From Octopus sinensis (taxonomy: Eukaryota): 64,000 nt of DNA. The notes below the pieces were generated by a model, which saw only the letters and a list, made by a program, of their open reading frames with translations, had not been told where the DNA came from and ran no database searches. The stretch lies in NCBI RefSeq assembly GCF_006345805.1, contig NC_043018.1:2542001-2606000 (forward strand), written 5' to 3'. Made by a program: the position numbers and the translations under genes. Within the stretch, counting starts at the first letter, position 1. Each line of letters opens with the position of its first letter. Positions 12,149 through 25,440 of this stretch are shown here, piece after piece.

Positions 12149-12180
<32 letters not shown>

Positions 12181-12242
12181 GTGTGTGTATATATATATAT
12201 ACTCGTGTGTGTATGTTATGTGTGCATGTGTTTATGTATACC

Positions 12243-12301
<59 letters not shown>

Positions 12302-12305
<4 letters not shown>

Positions 12306-12683
12306 AATAGTAAAAAGTGAAAAAACTACGGAAGGCTTGTTTTAAAAGTTTAAAAAATATATATTTGAGTCATTATGTCAGAAGAATGTTATAAATTTTT
12401 TTCATAGGTGTGACATAGTTTTTTAAGGAATTACCGGTTTCGTGTTAACTTTTCAAATTTCTCAAAACATCGTGTTATGACTTCGTTATGACTTCATAAC
12501 GAAGTCATAACACGATGTTTTGAGAAATTTGAAAAGTTAACACGAAACCGGTAATTCCTTAAAAAACTATGTCACACCTATGAAAAAATTTTATAACATT
12601 CTTCTGACATAATGACTCAAATATATATTTTTTAAACTTTTAAAACAAGCCTTCCGTAGTTTTTTCACTTTTTACTATTTTCT
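12302..12683. repeat. Near-perfect 382-bp palindrome (2-nt spacer)
   Basis: Arms are reverse complements around 12492/12493 (TTATGA-CT-TCATAA); about one mismatch. Confidence 0.95.
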
Positions 12684-12736
12684 ATATATTCAACCACGTG
12701 CTTTCACACACCAACTTTCTCACCTATATATATACA

Positions 12737-12915
12737 CTTTATTTAAAGCAGCAGAAAAATCAACAAAACCTGTTACTCTGAGTTTCCCGTTGCCGTTCCT
12801 CAGTGTAACAGGTTTTGTTGAATTTTCTGCTGCTTTAAATAAAGCATATTACTCTACCTCTGGTATTTGAGTACTCTTTTTTCCACCTTGTTTCACATTT
12901 ATGTGTTTACTCCGG
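12737..12915 (+). mobile_element. Penelope-like short repeat, family A, with fold-back
   Basis: 40-bp inverted arms at 12737-12776 and 12805-12844; the spacer holds a minus-strand HHR core CTGAGGA-ACGGCAACGG-GAAA-CTCAGAG-TA. Confidence 0.75.
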
Positions 12916-13360
12916 TATATATATATATATATATAGGTATACATAAACACATGCACACATAAACATATGTCGCGTCTTGTCCTTACCCTCCACGCTGAGT
13001 AGATTAATCAGGGACAACTGAAGAAGGGGAATATTCTTTATGTTGTATGTCTCGTTTCTCTGTTTTTCGTTGTTTGAAAAAAAGTTCGTTTCTATGTATT
13101 TGTTTTTATGTTTTCGTTTCTCATCGTGTTCAACGTTTATTTTTTATGTCCTGTACCCATATATGCATGTATATATACATATATAAGTAGGCATTTACTT
13201 ATATGTATGTATATATGCATATATTTATATATTATTTATATTATTTTTTTTTCTCTAGTTTCAGCTCAGAGCTGCGGCCATGCTGATGCACCGCTGTTTT
13301 TTATTATATGTGTACGCACACACACACACACACACACACACCACACACACACACACACAC

Positions 13361-13405
<45 letters not shown>

Positions 13406-14225
13406 GACGCGCACTCACACATATATGTATATATCTATATATCTATATATATGCCTGTATATATAGATATACACGCGCACACACAAGGTATAAGACATTT
13501 GTGATTTATATATTATATGGTTACATTCTGAATGCCACCCGTAAGTAATACTAATCAAAATCCTTCCCCGTCCATTACCGCATCATTACTGAGTAAAATA
13601 TATAGAAACCGATATTGAAAAGACATGTGCAGGAAATACACTTTTTAATATGCTTTCAGGATTCTGGATGACATTATCAAAGTAAGGAATGGTATTGATT
13701 CAATATACGTCTTGTGTTTATCTAGATTTTAAAATCCTAATATTTATTTTTAGACTAATTGAAGGTTGTGCATTTGCGTTAGTCTTCTTATGTATTTAGA
13801 CTGTAAATAAAATTAGCGAAGAGGCTTTGACAAAGGCTAAAGATGGCAGCTGAATTTTCTCCAAACAATCCTTACGTTATTAAAGAATGTAGAAATACGG
13901 TTTGATGGTATAATCTGAGATGTATAATATTTATGATGTAATTTAATTGAACGGTCACCATTGGAAGGATTTCACTGATCTGTTTGCTTATTCATAGTGA
14001 AAATCTGCCTCAAACAACTGCAACTGTTAAGTCTGTTTCCTAAGTGGATGATTTGCACATATAGGAAAAGATAAAATGCAAAGTTGACTACGGCGGGATT
14101 TGAACCCCGAACGTAAAGGCGAACGCCCAACAGATTCGCACGAATACATTGTAGTCAGTGTTTGGATTCCCGCTGTTCATCGTGTCTGTGATAATCAGTA
14201 AGCAACCGCAGGCAATATGTTTGCT

Positions 14226-14745
14226 GGTGGTGAGTTGGCAGAATAGTTCGCACGCCGGGCAAAATGCTTAGCGGTATTTCGGCTGCCGCTACGTTCTGAG
14301 TTCAAATTCCGCCGAGGTCGACTTTGCCTTTCATCCTTTCGGGGTCGATAAATTAAGTACCAGTTACGCACTGGGGTCGATGTAATCGACTTAATACCTA
14401 TGTCTGTCCTTGTTTGTCCCCTCTGTGTTTAGCCCCTTGTGGGTAATAAAGAAATAGGTATTTCGGCTGTCGTTACGTTCTGAGTTCAAATTCCGCCGAG
14501 GTCGACTTTGCCTTAAATCCTTTCGGGGTCGATAAATTAAGCACCAGTTATGCACTGGGGTCGAAGTAAACGCCTTAAAACCTATGTCTGTCCATGTTTG
14601 TCCCCTCTATGTTTAGCCCCTTGTGGGTAATAAAGAAATAGGTATTCCATCTGTCTTAATGCTTTGAGATTAAATTACACCGAGGTCGACTTCACCTTTT
14701 ATACTCCACGAAACCGCTGGCCTTGTGCCAAAATTTGAAAGCAAC
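14226..14745 (+). mobile_element. SINE family 2, tandem trimer
   Basis: Full head at 14226; junction AAAGAAATA/GGTATT at ~14457 and ~14641; the third unit is more diverged. Confidence 0.85.
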
Positions 14746-16259
14746 CTTTTTTCTGAAGTTATAAACAAGAACATTGCTCTTGTTAGATTGATCATTGCAG
14801 TGTACCTTCGTCTGGTGAAACCCAATTCTGTTGAAACACCGGGTGCGCCAGTGTTGTTAGAGAATCGAGTATTTTATGAACTCAGTCTCTTCTGAAGAAG
14901 AGGTTGTTCTCTTCTGACAAAACTCATCAGCAATTAGCGTATTCACGCGTGAATCTGTCGGATGGTATTAAAAATAAATTCGCAAATCATAGTTATGCTT
15001 CTCGCTTTTACCAATAATATGATGATTTATTAGATATAATGATTATAAAATTGAAGTTACGTGCGTTTCACAAGGCCGGCTGGTTATTAAATAGAAGGAA
15101 CACTATTAAATATCTCCTTGTTTTGTTACATTAAAAGAGCTTCGTTTATAAGCAAGGGTTAACGCATCTAAAATCGTGTTTTCTTTATAATGTCTATTCG
15201 TTTTTGTAGCTGGAAGAGTACTTCTGTTATGTAGTTCTATTGTTTCCGGACTTCTTTTTTTTAATTTGTTAGGTGTATAGTCCAGAGTATTTTAAGAAAA
15301 TGCCTATAGGTATCGAAACAGCTGCATTAGGCTTATAACTTATATGCAATTAGCCGTATGCGATAGATAAAAAGTGGACTGAAATTTAGGAAGATTGCAA
15401 ATGCATTAAAAAGTAAGAGTCTTAGACGTTGTAGATTCAGCCCCAAATCTCAACCAGAATGTTCTTCATCAGCTGAAGACAAGAGACTTTAAAAGGTGGG
15501 AGCGAAACCTGAAAAGGTGAAGAATACCTTCAAGAGAAGTTAGGTTTGTCAAGATAGAAACAGAATACATTATTGGCCTACCTCATCAGCAACAAAAAGA
15601 GAACACACACACACGTATATACACACGACGGGCTTCCTTCAGTTTCCCTCAAATAAATCCACATACAAGGCTTTGGTCGGTCCGAGGCTATAGTAGAAGA
15701 CACTTGTCCAACGTGCCATGCAGTGAGACTGAACCCGAAACCATGTGGGTGGGAAACAAGCTTCTTATGACACACCCAAATCTGTGCCCCTCTGTAAATG
15801 AAACTGATGACGGCAAATTTTCCTTGGAAATCTTATTAAATATGGTCCCCTATTAAAGCAAGAATTTAAATAAGATGAAACTTCGTATCAGTCGAGTGCA
15901 ATATGGAATATAGTGAACCTTGGCCGTATGGTCACACGTGTGGACTTGCTTTATATATTTTTTTTAATACGGTTACATAGAAGGAATTTTAAATATGGTG
16001 TGAGTGAATTTAAATCTGGCGATACATTGATGTAATCATACGCTCCGTTGGCTTCAATTTAAAATATAATATCAATATCGCCATTAAAAGTCTCAACGGT
16101 TATGCAAAGCACAGATGCTGATAGAGCATTTGATGCGTAAAAACAAATAGTATAATGAAGTCTGTCCCTAAGTAACGTGGTGAGACTAGAAGTTTTAAAT
16201 TAATTAAAATTTTACCCATAATTACTATGAAAAAATGCCATTATCTTGCTGTATAAATC

Positions 16260-16900
16260 AGGAATTTAAATTATATAACATCACCAGAAACGCTATAGAA
16301 TTTACTGGACTACAAAATGCCGAGAAAGACTTCCAACTGGAAATCAATAGAAAGACGCTAAAACTTAGGCAGAGACAAAATACCAGAGGAACACAAGAGT
16401 CAATGACAAAGAGTTGCTTTTTGAAACAGATGATTATGTTCGAATATATCGCTGTCATTGAACCATCGGGAGGTGGAGGTCATATGACTCGGAACAGGAT
16501 GAGGAGATTTCAAATCATTGGAATCAAATTCAGTCTCTTGAAGTCTCTAGTTTGGCCTCCTGGTTTATTGTGCGGATGTGAAAGCTGCAGACGCAAAGCA
16601 TTCGAAAGAGCATGCTATCGAAGAATATTGATTATCAGCTAAACTGGAAATCAAACAAACGTTTAAGTACTTGTGGAAAGGGGGGGAACAAGTAGAATTT
16701 TTGCTAAACATGTGGAACAGAAAGCTGCAATTTCAGGGTGGGGGGGGCGGCTAGACCATTAGCATGAACGTCTTGAGAGGAGAGTCAATGTGAAACAAGG
16801 AATGGGCTGAAAAGACGCCGGTGGGGGGACCAGACGGTCTCTTTCCGAATGTACACATATGGCCAGAGGCAGGAATTGGTGGATGATGGGGATGATGCAT
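16260..16900 (+). mobile_element. RTE-BovB LINE, RT C-terminal remnant
   Basis: LLKSLVWPPGLLCGCES...AFERACYRRILIIS resembles the RTE LVWP..LYGCESW...AFE..CYRRIL.ISW block; disrupted. Confidence 0.75.
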
Positions 16901-17100
16901 ATGTGTCTACGGCTCCCGACTCTTATTTACTTATATACTTGAGAAAGGGCTATGTGAATACTCCCTTTGCGATACGTTTAAACACGAACTGTATCAATCT
17001 ACTAAAAAGCAAGAGGGGGAGACACAGGGGGAAAGATACAAAGATACAGAAGAAATCTCTCTCCTATCATCTTGTGGACGATATACACACACATATATAT

Positions 17101-17137
<37 letters not shown>

Positions 17138-17140
<3 letters not shown>

Positions 17141-19167
17141 TACAATGAGGGACTCCACCTGAAACTTTTTGAAACGGAAACTGCACTCAAACTTTCCTGA
17201 GAAGGAGAGGGCAGAGAGAGAAGCCAGGGCCATAGAGAATATTAAAACAACCCCTAAAGCCTTCTTTAAATTTGCGAAAGAAACCACCTCGGTACATGCA
17301 AGATTGGCCCACTCTTTGATAAAAAGGGCTCTTTAACTGAGGACCCCCAAGGGATAAGTGAAATACTAAAGGAACAGTATAAAAGTGTGTTCACATCCCC
17401 TCTGGGGCACATGCAAATCACAAACCCAGAAGTTTTCTTTGATGCCACAACACTCCAAAACCAAAAACAACCATCGACCACATAGACATAACAGAGAGGG
17501 ATGTAATATCTGCCATAGAAGAAATGAGAATAAACTCAGCTGCTGGACCAGATGGATTCCCAGCAGTCCTCTAAAAACATGCAGGCATGCCCTAGCGGGA
17601 CCACTGAAGAAGCTCTTCAGTGGTTCCTTGGCTAACGGTAAACTGCCCAGGGCGCTAAAAGAAGGCACCATATGCCCTATCCACAAAGGAGGGAGTAGAG
17701 CAGAGGCCAAAAACTACAGGCCAGTCTCCCTGACGTCACACATAAGTAAGGTCATGGAACGAATCATCAGAAAAAAACTGATCACGTTCCTCGAAGAAAC
17801 TAACCGTCTCACTGACACACAGCATGGCTTTCGCCAGAAGAAGCTGCCTTGGCGCAGCTGTTACAACACTACGACTGGGTACTGAAACAACTACTGGATC
17901 GCTCACAGGTGGATGTGGTATATCTCGACTTTGCGAAGGCCTTTGACAAAGTCGACCACGGAGTGATGTGTCACAAATTACTCAGACTCGGCATAACAGG
18001 AAAAGTAGGTGAGTGGATACATGACTTCCTGAAGGACAGAAGCCAGATGGTTGCAGCCAATGGAGCCCTCTCGGGGGAAAGACACCAATAGCAAGCGGGG
18101 TGCCACAGGGCACAGTCTTGGGACCCTTGCTGTTTTGGTGGCACTCTCTGACATGCCCTTGGTAGCACAAAACAACATCCCTCACTAGCTATGCTGATGA
18201 CACAAAGGTAGCACAGGCAATCAAAAACCAGCTGATGCTGACCTTTTACAACAAGATCTGGATGCCATATACAAATGGGCTGAAGACAACAACATGCAAT
18301 TTAATGCTAGTAAATTTCAAGCCTTACAATATCAAGCTGTAAACACATATACATTACAACACAACTATACTGGTCCAGGAGGGATCGAAATCCCAGTATC
18401 GAATCAATACGGGACCTGGGGATAGACATGAGGACGATGCCTCTTTTTCTTCACACATCGCGAAGGTGGCGACAATGTGCAGACGACTCACTGGCTGGAT
18501 CCTGAGGACATTCCGGACAAGAGACTGCGAGACCATGTTGACACTATGGAGGACATTTGTCCTAAGCCGCCTGGACTACTGCTCCCAACTGTGGTCACCG
18601 CATAGTGTCAAACTAACCACAGAGCTTGAGACAATCCAAAGACATTTCACCAAGAGGATTTCCACCATGAAAGAAAAGAACTATGGGAGAGGCTTAGGGA
18701 ACTCAATTTGTACTCCTTGGAACGAAGACGAGAGAGATATGCAGTGATATACATATGGAAAATCCTGGAGGGACTAGCACCAAATTTCGGAATTGAGAGC
18801 TGTTCCAATCCCCGTACAGGACGTCACTGTGTGGTGCCAAAGGTCCCGTCTTCCACATCCAGGGGAAGGAGCAGATACTGTAATAGCCTGGGGTTCAGGG
18901 GCCCTCAGCTGTTCAACAAACTGCCAAGAAAACTAAGATCTACATGATGCGGATGTGGACATTTTCAAAAAACATCTAGACAAGCTGCTTTCCGGGATCC
19001 CAGATGAACCCACTGCAGGTACGAAGGTAACCTAAGGGCAGCAGCTACAAATCTCTCTTAGATCAGTGGCCAGCCACGGCAAACTGGACTTAGAGAGGGT
19101 AGCAACAAGGGCGGTGCCCCAGCATGGCCTCAGCCGGATGGCTGAAACAAGTAAAAGAGTAAAAGAG
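17138..19167 (+). mobile_element. 5'-truncated CR1/L2-group non-LTR retrotransposon, frameshifted RT
   Basis: Motifs KNYRPVSLTS, QHGFR, YLDFAKAFDKVDH, GVPQGTVLGPLL, YADD, YSLERRRERY, PDEPT; 3' stem-loop tail with (GTAAAAGA)2; (TA)n flanks. Confidence 0.93.
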
Positions 19168-19653
19168 TATATATATATATATATTATATATATATATATA
19201 TATACAAAATTTAAAGGACAAACCACTAAAAGTGGACAGTCAATATGCTAGATATAGACGTCAAAATCTCTATTTTCCACGAAGAATGTGTTCTCAAGAA
19301 AAAAACTTATATATATATATTGCATAATAAACGAATGGTTTTGGCTGGTAACTTACTGGTAAAGCGCGGTCACTTTCATAGTGATGGTTATGCATATGGC
19401 AAATGAAAGATGGAAGAAGCAGTATATGAGAATTTATTATTAATCACGGCACAACGGGAAGTTACATTGCGGAACAGTGATGTTAACGAGTTGTATTTAT
19501 TTATCACCAGACGAGAAACATCTGCACCGCTGGATGCTCCTGAACCAATGGTTGAACATACCACTCATGAGGATTCGATGCTTGTTGCGCCGAAATAATT
19601 ATCGTTATTAATAATATATTCTCGTATATTCCGGCTTCCGATTTTTATTTGCC

Positions 19654-19694
<41 letters not shown>

Positions 19695-19740
19695 GATGAA
19701 CTCTCCTGTCGGAAGCCCAGCATCCGTTTATCTATGTATG

Positions 19741-19771
<31 letters not shown>

Positions 19772-20000
19772 ATATATATATATATATATATATGTGCACA
19801 CATATATACATGCATATATTTATATTTTCAAGTGGAAGTTTGACTGTAACTTCGAAACTTCACCAATCATATTTGTATAACATTTCATGAAAAGTAGCCA
19901 ACTAAACGGTGGAGAGAGGCTTCAACTTAATGTTCAAATCTAGCTTCCTATAACTTGGCATAAAGATAAGCACACATAAACATAAGTACGTAAATATATC

Positions 20001-20035
<35 letters not shown>

Positions 20036-20120
20036 TATACATGTATGTATGCATATATATATATACATGTATATATATAAGTATATATAAAATATATATA
20101 TTATAAATAAATATATATAC

Positions 20121-20167
<47 letters not shown>

Positions 20168-20364
20168 ATATATTGTGATGTGCGTGTGTGTGTGTGTGTG
20201 TACCTCAGTGTGTGAGCTGTAAGCGTCTGTCTGTGTGTACTTGGGGTTACTAAATACGTAAAGTACACACGAAGAGATCATTTTTATCTGTCAAATGGAT
20301 TCTGTTTTTGAGTGTGTGGTTGAAGAAACAGAGACAGGAAGACAAGTGAATGGGAGACAGGAAG

Positions 20365-20419
<55 letters not shown>

Positions 20420-21235
20420 TGAGAGATGAGGTTGTACAAAGGAAGTGAATTGGTAATTGGACCAAATCACACTTCTGGGCGTGAAGCTTATATCCTTGGA
20501 TTGGAATCTTTACCTGCCTGACACGACATCTACTCCATCACATTCTCAGACTATCCTATCTCTCTTTCTTATTTTTCATCTATTTCATTATTCCATCATA
20601 ATTTTATTCCTTTATGTGTATTTATTTAATTTTTTGTTAGATTTATGTCTTTTTATATATTTTGAGGAGAATATTGTGCGAGTCCCTATTGTCGTGAATG
20701 TCGTTTCGTTTTGTCTAGTTTTACATCTTCCTCTGACAGCTTGTCCGCCCATACCAGACAGATTTCTGCCAGTAACAAGTACTTCTGTACATGTAAATAA
20801 ACGAAGACACATAGATAAATACAAAAGAAATAAATGTATTTACACTCTCTTGCATATACATGTAACTGTGACGAAATGCTGTGGTCAGGTACACACATAC
20901 ATACACACACACACACAGACATACACACATATATATATACACATACACAAACATACACACACACATCTATATATATGCATATATATATATATAGGTATGG
21001 GGAAAGAGAGAGAGAGAGAGAGAAAGAAAGAAGGGTGAAAGTATGAATATATATGTACACTCACACACACACAAACACATCTATATATATATAAACATAT
21101 GTAAATGCATACACACTGACTTCTTCGTAGATATTCACAAATACACGATCACATAGAAATCACCAGACACATTTACACACACACATATTATATATAGATT
21201 CGTAAGCGGGTATATATACCCATAAATATATATAT

Positions 21236-21270
<35 letters not shown>

Positions 21271-21337
21271 CATACATGAACCTGTGTGTATTTATGAACT
21301 TATATATATATACATGCGTTTAAATATATGTATATTT

Positions 21338-21377
<40 letters not shown>

Positions 21378-21686
21378 GCGCATAAGTATATGTATATATA
21401 TATATACATGATCACTTACCTCTATATACATGCACACATACACACACTTACATAACATTGTATATATTTGTATGATTATTTGCTTGTCTGTGTTTCGGTC
21501 TCCGAGCATGTCCGTTTTGTCACATCGCCTAAATCTTTCCGGTCTGTTTTGTGAATATCAGACTGATCGGGAAAGCCATTCAATTTCCCAATTGTACTCG
21601 CCATGTACAGTGCAAACATTGCACCAAGATTATTCACTGACAAGGAAGATTTATATGTTCATCAATTATGTGCAGTTGGACGCGAG

Positions 21687-21700
21687 GTTGTCATGGTAAC
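21687..21700. promoter_or_regulatory. RFX X-box match
   Basis: GTTGTCATGGTAAC fits GTHNYY-AT-RRNAAC; lies in non-repetitive sequence. Confidence 0.3.
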
Positions 21701-21809
21701 TTGTGGAAGAAAAGGAGGAGTATTATGTTTAAGCAGTGGCAGCGAACTAAATAAGGAAAACTGGAGAGAGAGCGAGAGAGAAAGATAAAAAGAGAGAGAA
21801 GAGAGAATG

Positions 21810-21847
<38 letters not shown>

Positions 21848-22084
21848 AAGATGAGTGAAACAATAAAAGCAATGAATACAAGAAAATGTTTACCATTATT
21901 TTTATCTGCAGGGAAAAATCTATTCGAATTTATCATATTTGCACAAATACACACTCGCGCGTGCACACTCATATACATAGACACCAGTTTACCAGCACAT
22001 GAACACAAACATACTTACATACACACACACACATAAACACACACACATATAATTATGCACAGCAATCGCCATGGTATATACACA

Positions 22085-23260
22085 CGAGTGTGGGCTGAAA
22101 TGTTCATAGGTTAACTATGAAGGAGTGATGCTAGATTTGTGAAATATTGCATGAATTAATTTCAAGGCTCCTTATTCATAACCACATCGTGTCTTTTCTG
22201 GTAGACTGACATCTGATTGTTCAAAGATGACGTGAAAGGAACTAATAGTGGCTTGTCTTGGCATCAAACACCAGCAGAAAAAGGGTTTAGCCCCAAGGAC
22301 ATTTATGTTTCCATGGCTGCTGCATTAGGAGATGACCCTGCATCTTTGTCAACCGTGCAAAATGGACAGGTAAATTTGGGAGACACAAGGTGTGAACATC
22401 CTGCTACTGCCATCATCAAAGAAAAGCATTGATTATGTTTATCACATGCTGATGGATGGCAGGCAATTGACGATAAATCAAATAGTCAATGACATTAGTA
22501 TATCCTAAAAGCGAGTTCGCCATGAATTGGGCATGATGAAGGGTTTTTCTCGGTGGTTTCCACTTCTTCCGGTACCTGATCAAAAGCGCACTGAGGAGAT
22601 CACATCACGGGAGAACTGACATTGTGTTAAATACAGCTTGTTTCTTTGAAGTTTTCCTAACCCAGAATCAGTGCTGGGTTCATCACTAAGAACAAGAGAC
22701 AGGGACAATACATGCAGTGGAAACATCCCAGAGGACCAAGACCGTTTCATCTGCAGTGAAAGTGATGGCCCCAGTTTTCGAGATGAAAACGGCAGCGTGT
22801 TTATTATTTTCGGAAAGGTTACACCATCGACGTAGGCTACGAAGTCAACTTGCTGCTGCAGTTACGAAAGACTATTAAGGTCAAACATTAAAAAAAAGCT
22901 GAAAAAAAGCGCCTTTTTCGCCAGGACAGAGCTCTAGCTCACAAATCCTTGGTTTGAAAGGACGTTGGGCTGCTGTGCGTGACTGGCTTTGAACTGGTTA
23001 ATCAGCGTCCCTAGTTTCCTAATTTGTCTCCATCTCATTATGATTTGTTCCGGAGATAACATAAAGTTCGGTTGGGAACCTATATCACTGTGGTGATGAC
23101 GTCATATCTACTGTTTACGACTATTTTGACCAACAGGCGGAAAGCTTCTTCTCCAATGGTATCGAAGCATGGACCACCGGTGGAAGAAGAGTGCGGACTG
23201 CTAGGGGAGATCAGGCTGAAAGATGAATCACATTTAGTCACATTTCAGCTGACCCTATTA
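22085..23260 (+). mobile_element. Decayed mariner transposon
   Basis: KGFSPKDIYVSMAAALGDDPASLSTVQ...HPATA... matches the mariner HTH region; many stops and frameshifts; TIR-like CGAGTGTGGGCTGAAATGTTCATAGG at the 5' end. Confidence 0.8.
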
Positions 23261-23446
23261 CGCAGATTACATGCATACAAACATACACAGACGTACACAC
23301 ATAAACACATGAATACATAAAAAATATATACATACATACATTCGTACATATATACTACATATATATATATATATATATCTATCACGGTGGTGTATATATA
23401 TATCACGGTGATCACATATATACTATATATTCATATATATATATCA

Positions 23447-23743
23447 CGTTGACCGACCAGACTATCACATGTTGCTACACATCGCTGGTCACAATGCACT
23501 TCGCATTGTTTTAGCCTTCAAATGACGCTACCCCGCTGGCTAAGCGGGCAGGCCAACGGAAGAAAGTGTGAAAGAAAGTTGTGGCAAAAAAGTACAGCAG
23601 GGCTCGCCCCACCCCTGCCGGAGCATCGTGGACCTTTAGGTGTTTCTTCTCAATAAACACTCACAACGCCCGGTCTGGGAATCGAAACCGCGATCCTACG
23701 ACCGTGAGTCTGCTGCACTAACCACTGGGCCATTGTGCTTCCA
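23447..23743 (-). mobile_element. SINE family 3, tail type c
   Basis: Head GGCCCAGTGGTTAGTGCAGC...GGTTTCGATTCCC, family-3 central block, distinct 3' region. Confidence 0.8.
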
Positions 23744-23762
23744 CACACACACACACACAGAG

Positions 23763-23836
<74 letters not shown>

Positions 23837-23856
23837 CACACATACACGCACATATA

Positions 23857-23909
<53 letters not shown>

Positions 23910-24125
23910 AAGGAATACCATAAATGGACAACGCAAAACATCCAGACAGATAATACAGTTAAAGGGACAAGAAGAACAAATGACGGATCATTCGGAGTTT
24001 TCTTTCCTCAGTCCAGTTCCACATTTTCTTTGCGATTTCGGTTGGTTATGTATATACATATATATAGATACATACATACATACATACAAACAAACATCCA
24101 CACAAATGTGTGTGAATATATATAC

Positions 24126-24183
<58 letters not shown>

Positions 24184-24398
24184 CATATATTTATACATAT
24201 ATATATATATATACATATATACAAAAATTAGTATAAGCAGTCATGCGCGATGTGCTCTAGTGGAAAACTTCAATAGTCACTAAATGTAACCAAGGGTTTT
24301 GAAGCACCTACATTGCTAGAAATCAGAGTTAAAGTACTGTTACTGGTATAGGAAAAGTGCAAATATATGCTGACTGGAGAGGTAACTCCAGCAGCCAG

Positions 24399-24440
24399 AC
24401 TAGACCTAGGTTCGTCTATACCGTAGACATCGTCAGTGGT
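24399..24440 (-). ncRNA. Hammerhead fold lacking one A of GAAA
   Basis: ACCA-CTGACGA-T-GTCTA-CGGTA-TAGAC-GAA-CCTAGG-TC-TAGT, within a ~300-bp unique block between (TA)n tracts. Confidence 0.6.
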
Positions 24441-24558
24441 GACTGTTCGAATAGCTCATCACCGGCTACTTCCGTCTGCCAGTACGTATATACTTGCCAC
24501 TGAAATTTATGCATAAATTAGCGAAACGGTAATGCGTATACTAAAAATTATATATATA

Positions 24559-25440
24559 TTGGGTTGGCAAGAATGTAATTTTATTTTTTCGCAAATAGAT
24601 AACGTTACGATTTTTTCGAATGACTCTTGTAAATGTTATGATTTTTTCCTGTTGTTGTTGATAGCCGATACTTTTAGCCTACTTTAGAAGTAATTGCGCG
24701 TAATTTTGTTTACAGCTGTTACTTCATTGTCAATTTTAACATGGAGTACAAAAACAAATATTTTCACCATATTTTTCATTTTGTACTTCTGTAAGGGCAA
24801 AGAAAGCTGCTGAGGCTCAGAAAAAGATATGCGAAATTTATGGTCGTGATTCCTTAACAGAACGCACATGTCAGAAATGGTTTTTAAAATTCTTCTGGAG
24901 ATTTTTCACTCAAAATGACCAAAGTTCTGGTGGAACCACTGAAGTTGATAATGACCTAATCAAAGACGTAATTGAATCTAATTGACATATAACTGTGCGA
25001 GGGATTGCGGAGAGGTTAAATATATCACACTCAATCATTGGAAACCACTTAAAATGCCTTGGACTCGTTGAGAAACTCGATATTTGGGTACCACATAAAT
25101 TGGAAGAGATTCACTTAACAGAACGAATCAATATTTGTGATATGCATCCCAAACGCAATGAAATCGACCTTCACTGAAATGAGTCATCACTGGTGATGCA
25201 AAATGGATTGCTCAAAATAGCATTAGTGGAAAATGATGATGGTCCAAGCGTGATGAACTTGCACAAACCGCATCAAAAACTGAGTTGCATCAAAAAAGGT
25301 CAAGCTGTCAATGTTGTGGGATTACAAATCTATTGTGTGCTTTGAGCTGTGTCTAAGGAACCAAAACGGCCAATTTAGACGTTTACTGTCAACAACTAAT
25401 GAAACTGGGGGAAGCAAACAAAGAAAAACACCTGCATACA
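24559..25440 (+). mobile_element. Decayed mariner transposon, 3'-truncated
   Basis: TIR-like TTGGGTTGGCAA after TA; LDIWVPHKL (WVPHEL motif); VITGDAKW (first catalytic Asp region). Confidence 0.88.

Noticed and set aside
13018-13045. CTGAAGAAGGGGAATATTCTTT as a hammerhead
   Set aside because: No GAAA after the putative stem II.
15800-15840. CTGATGA...GAAA near 15802 (also 850-862, 14911-14930, 27045-27075, 47883)
   Set aside because: Each lacks at least one of stem I, stem II or the GAAA/UH elements.
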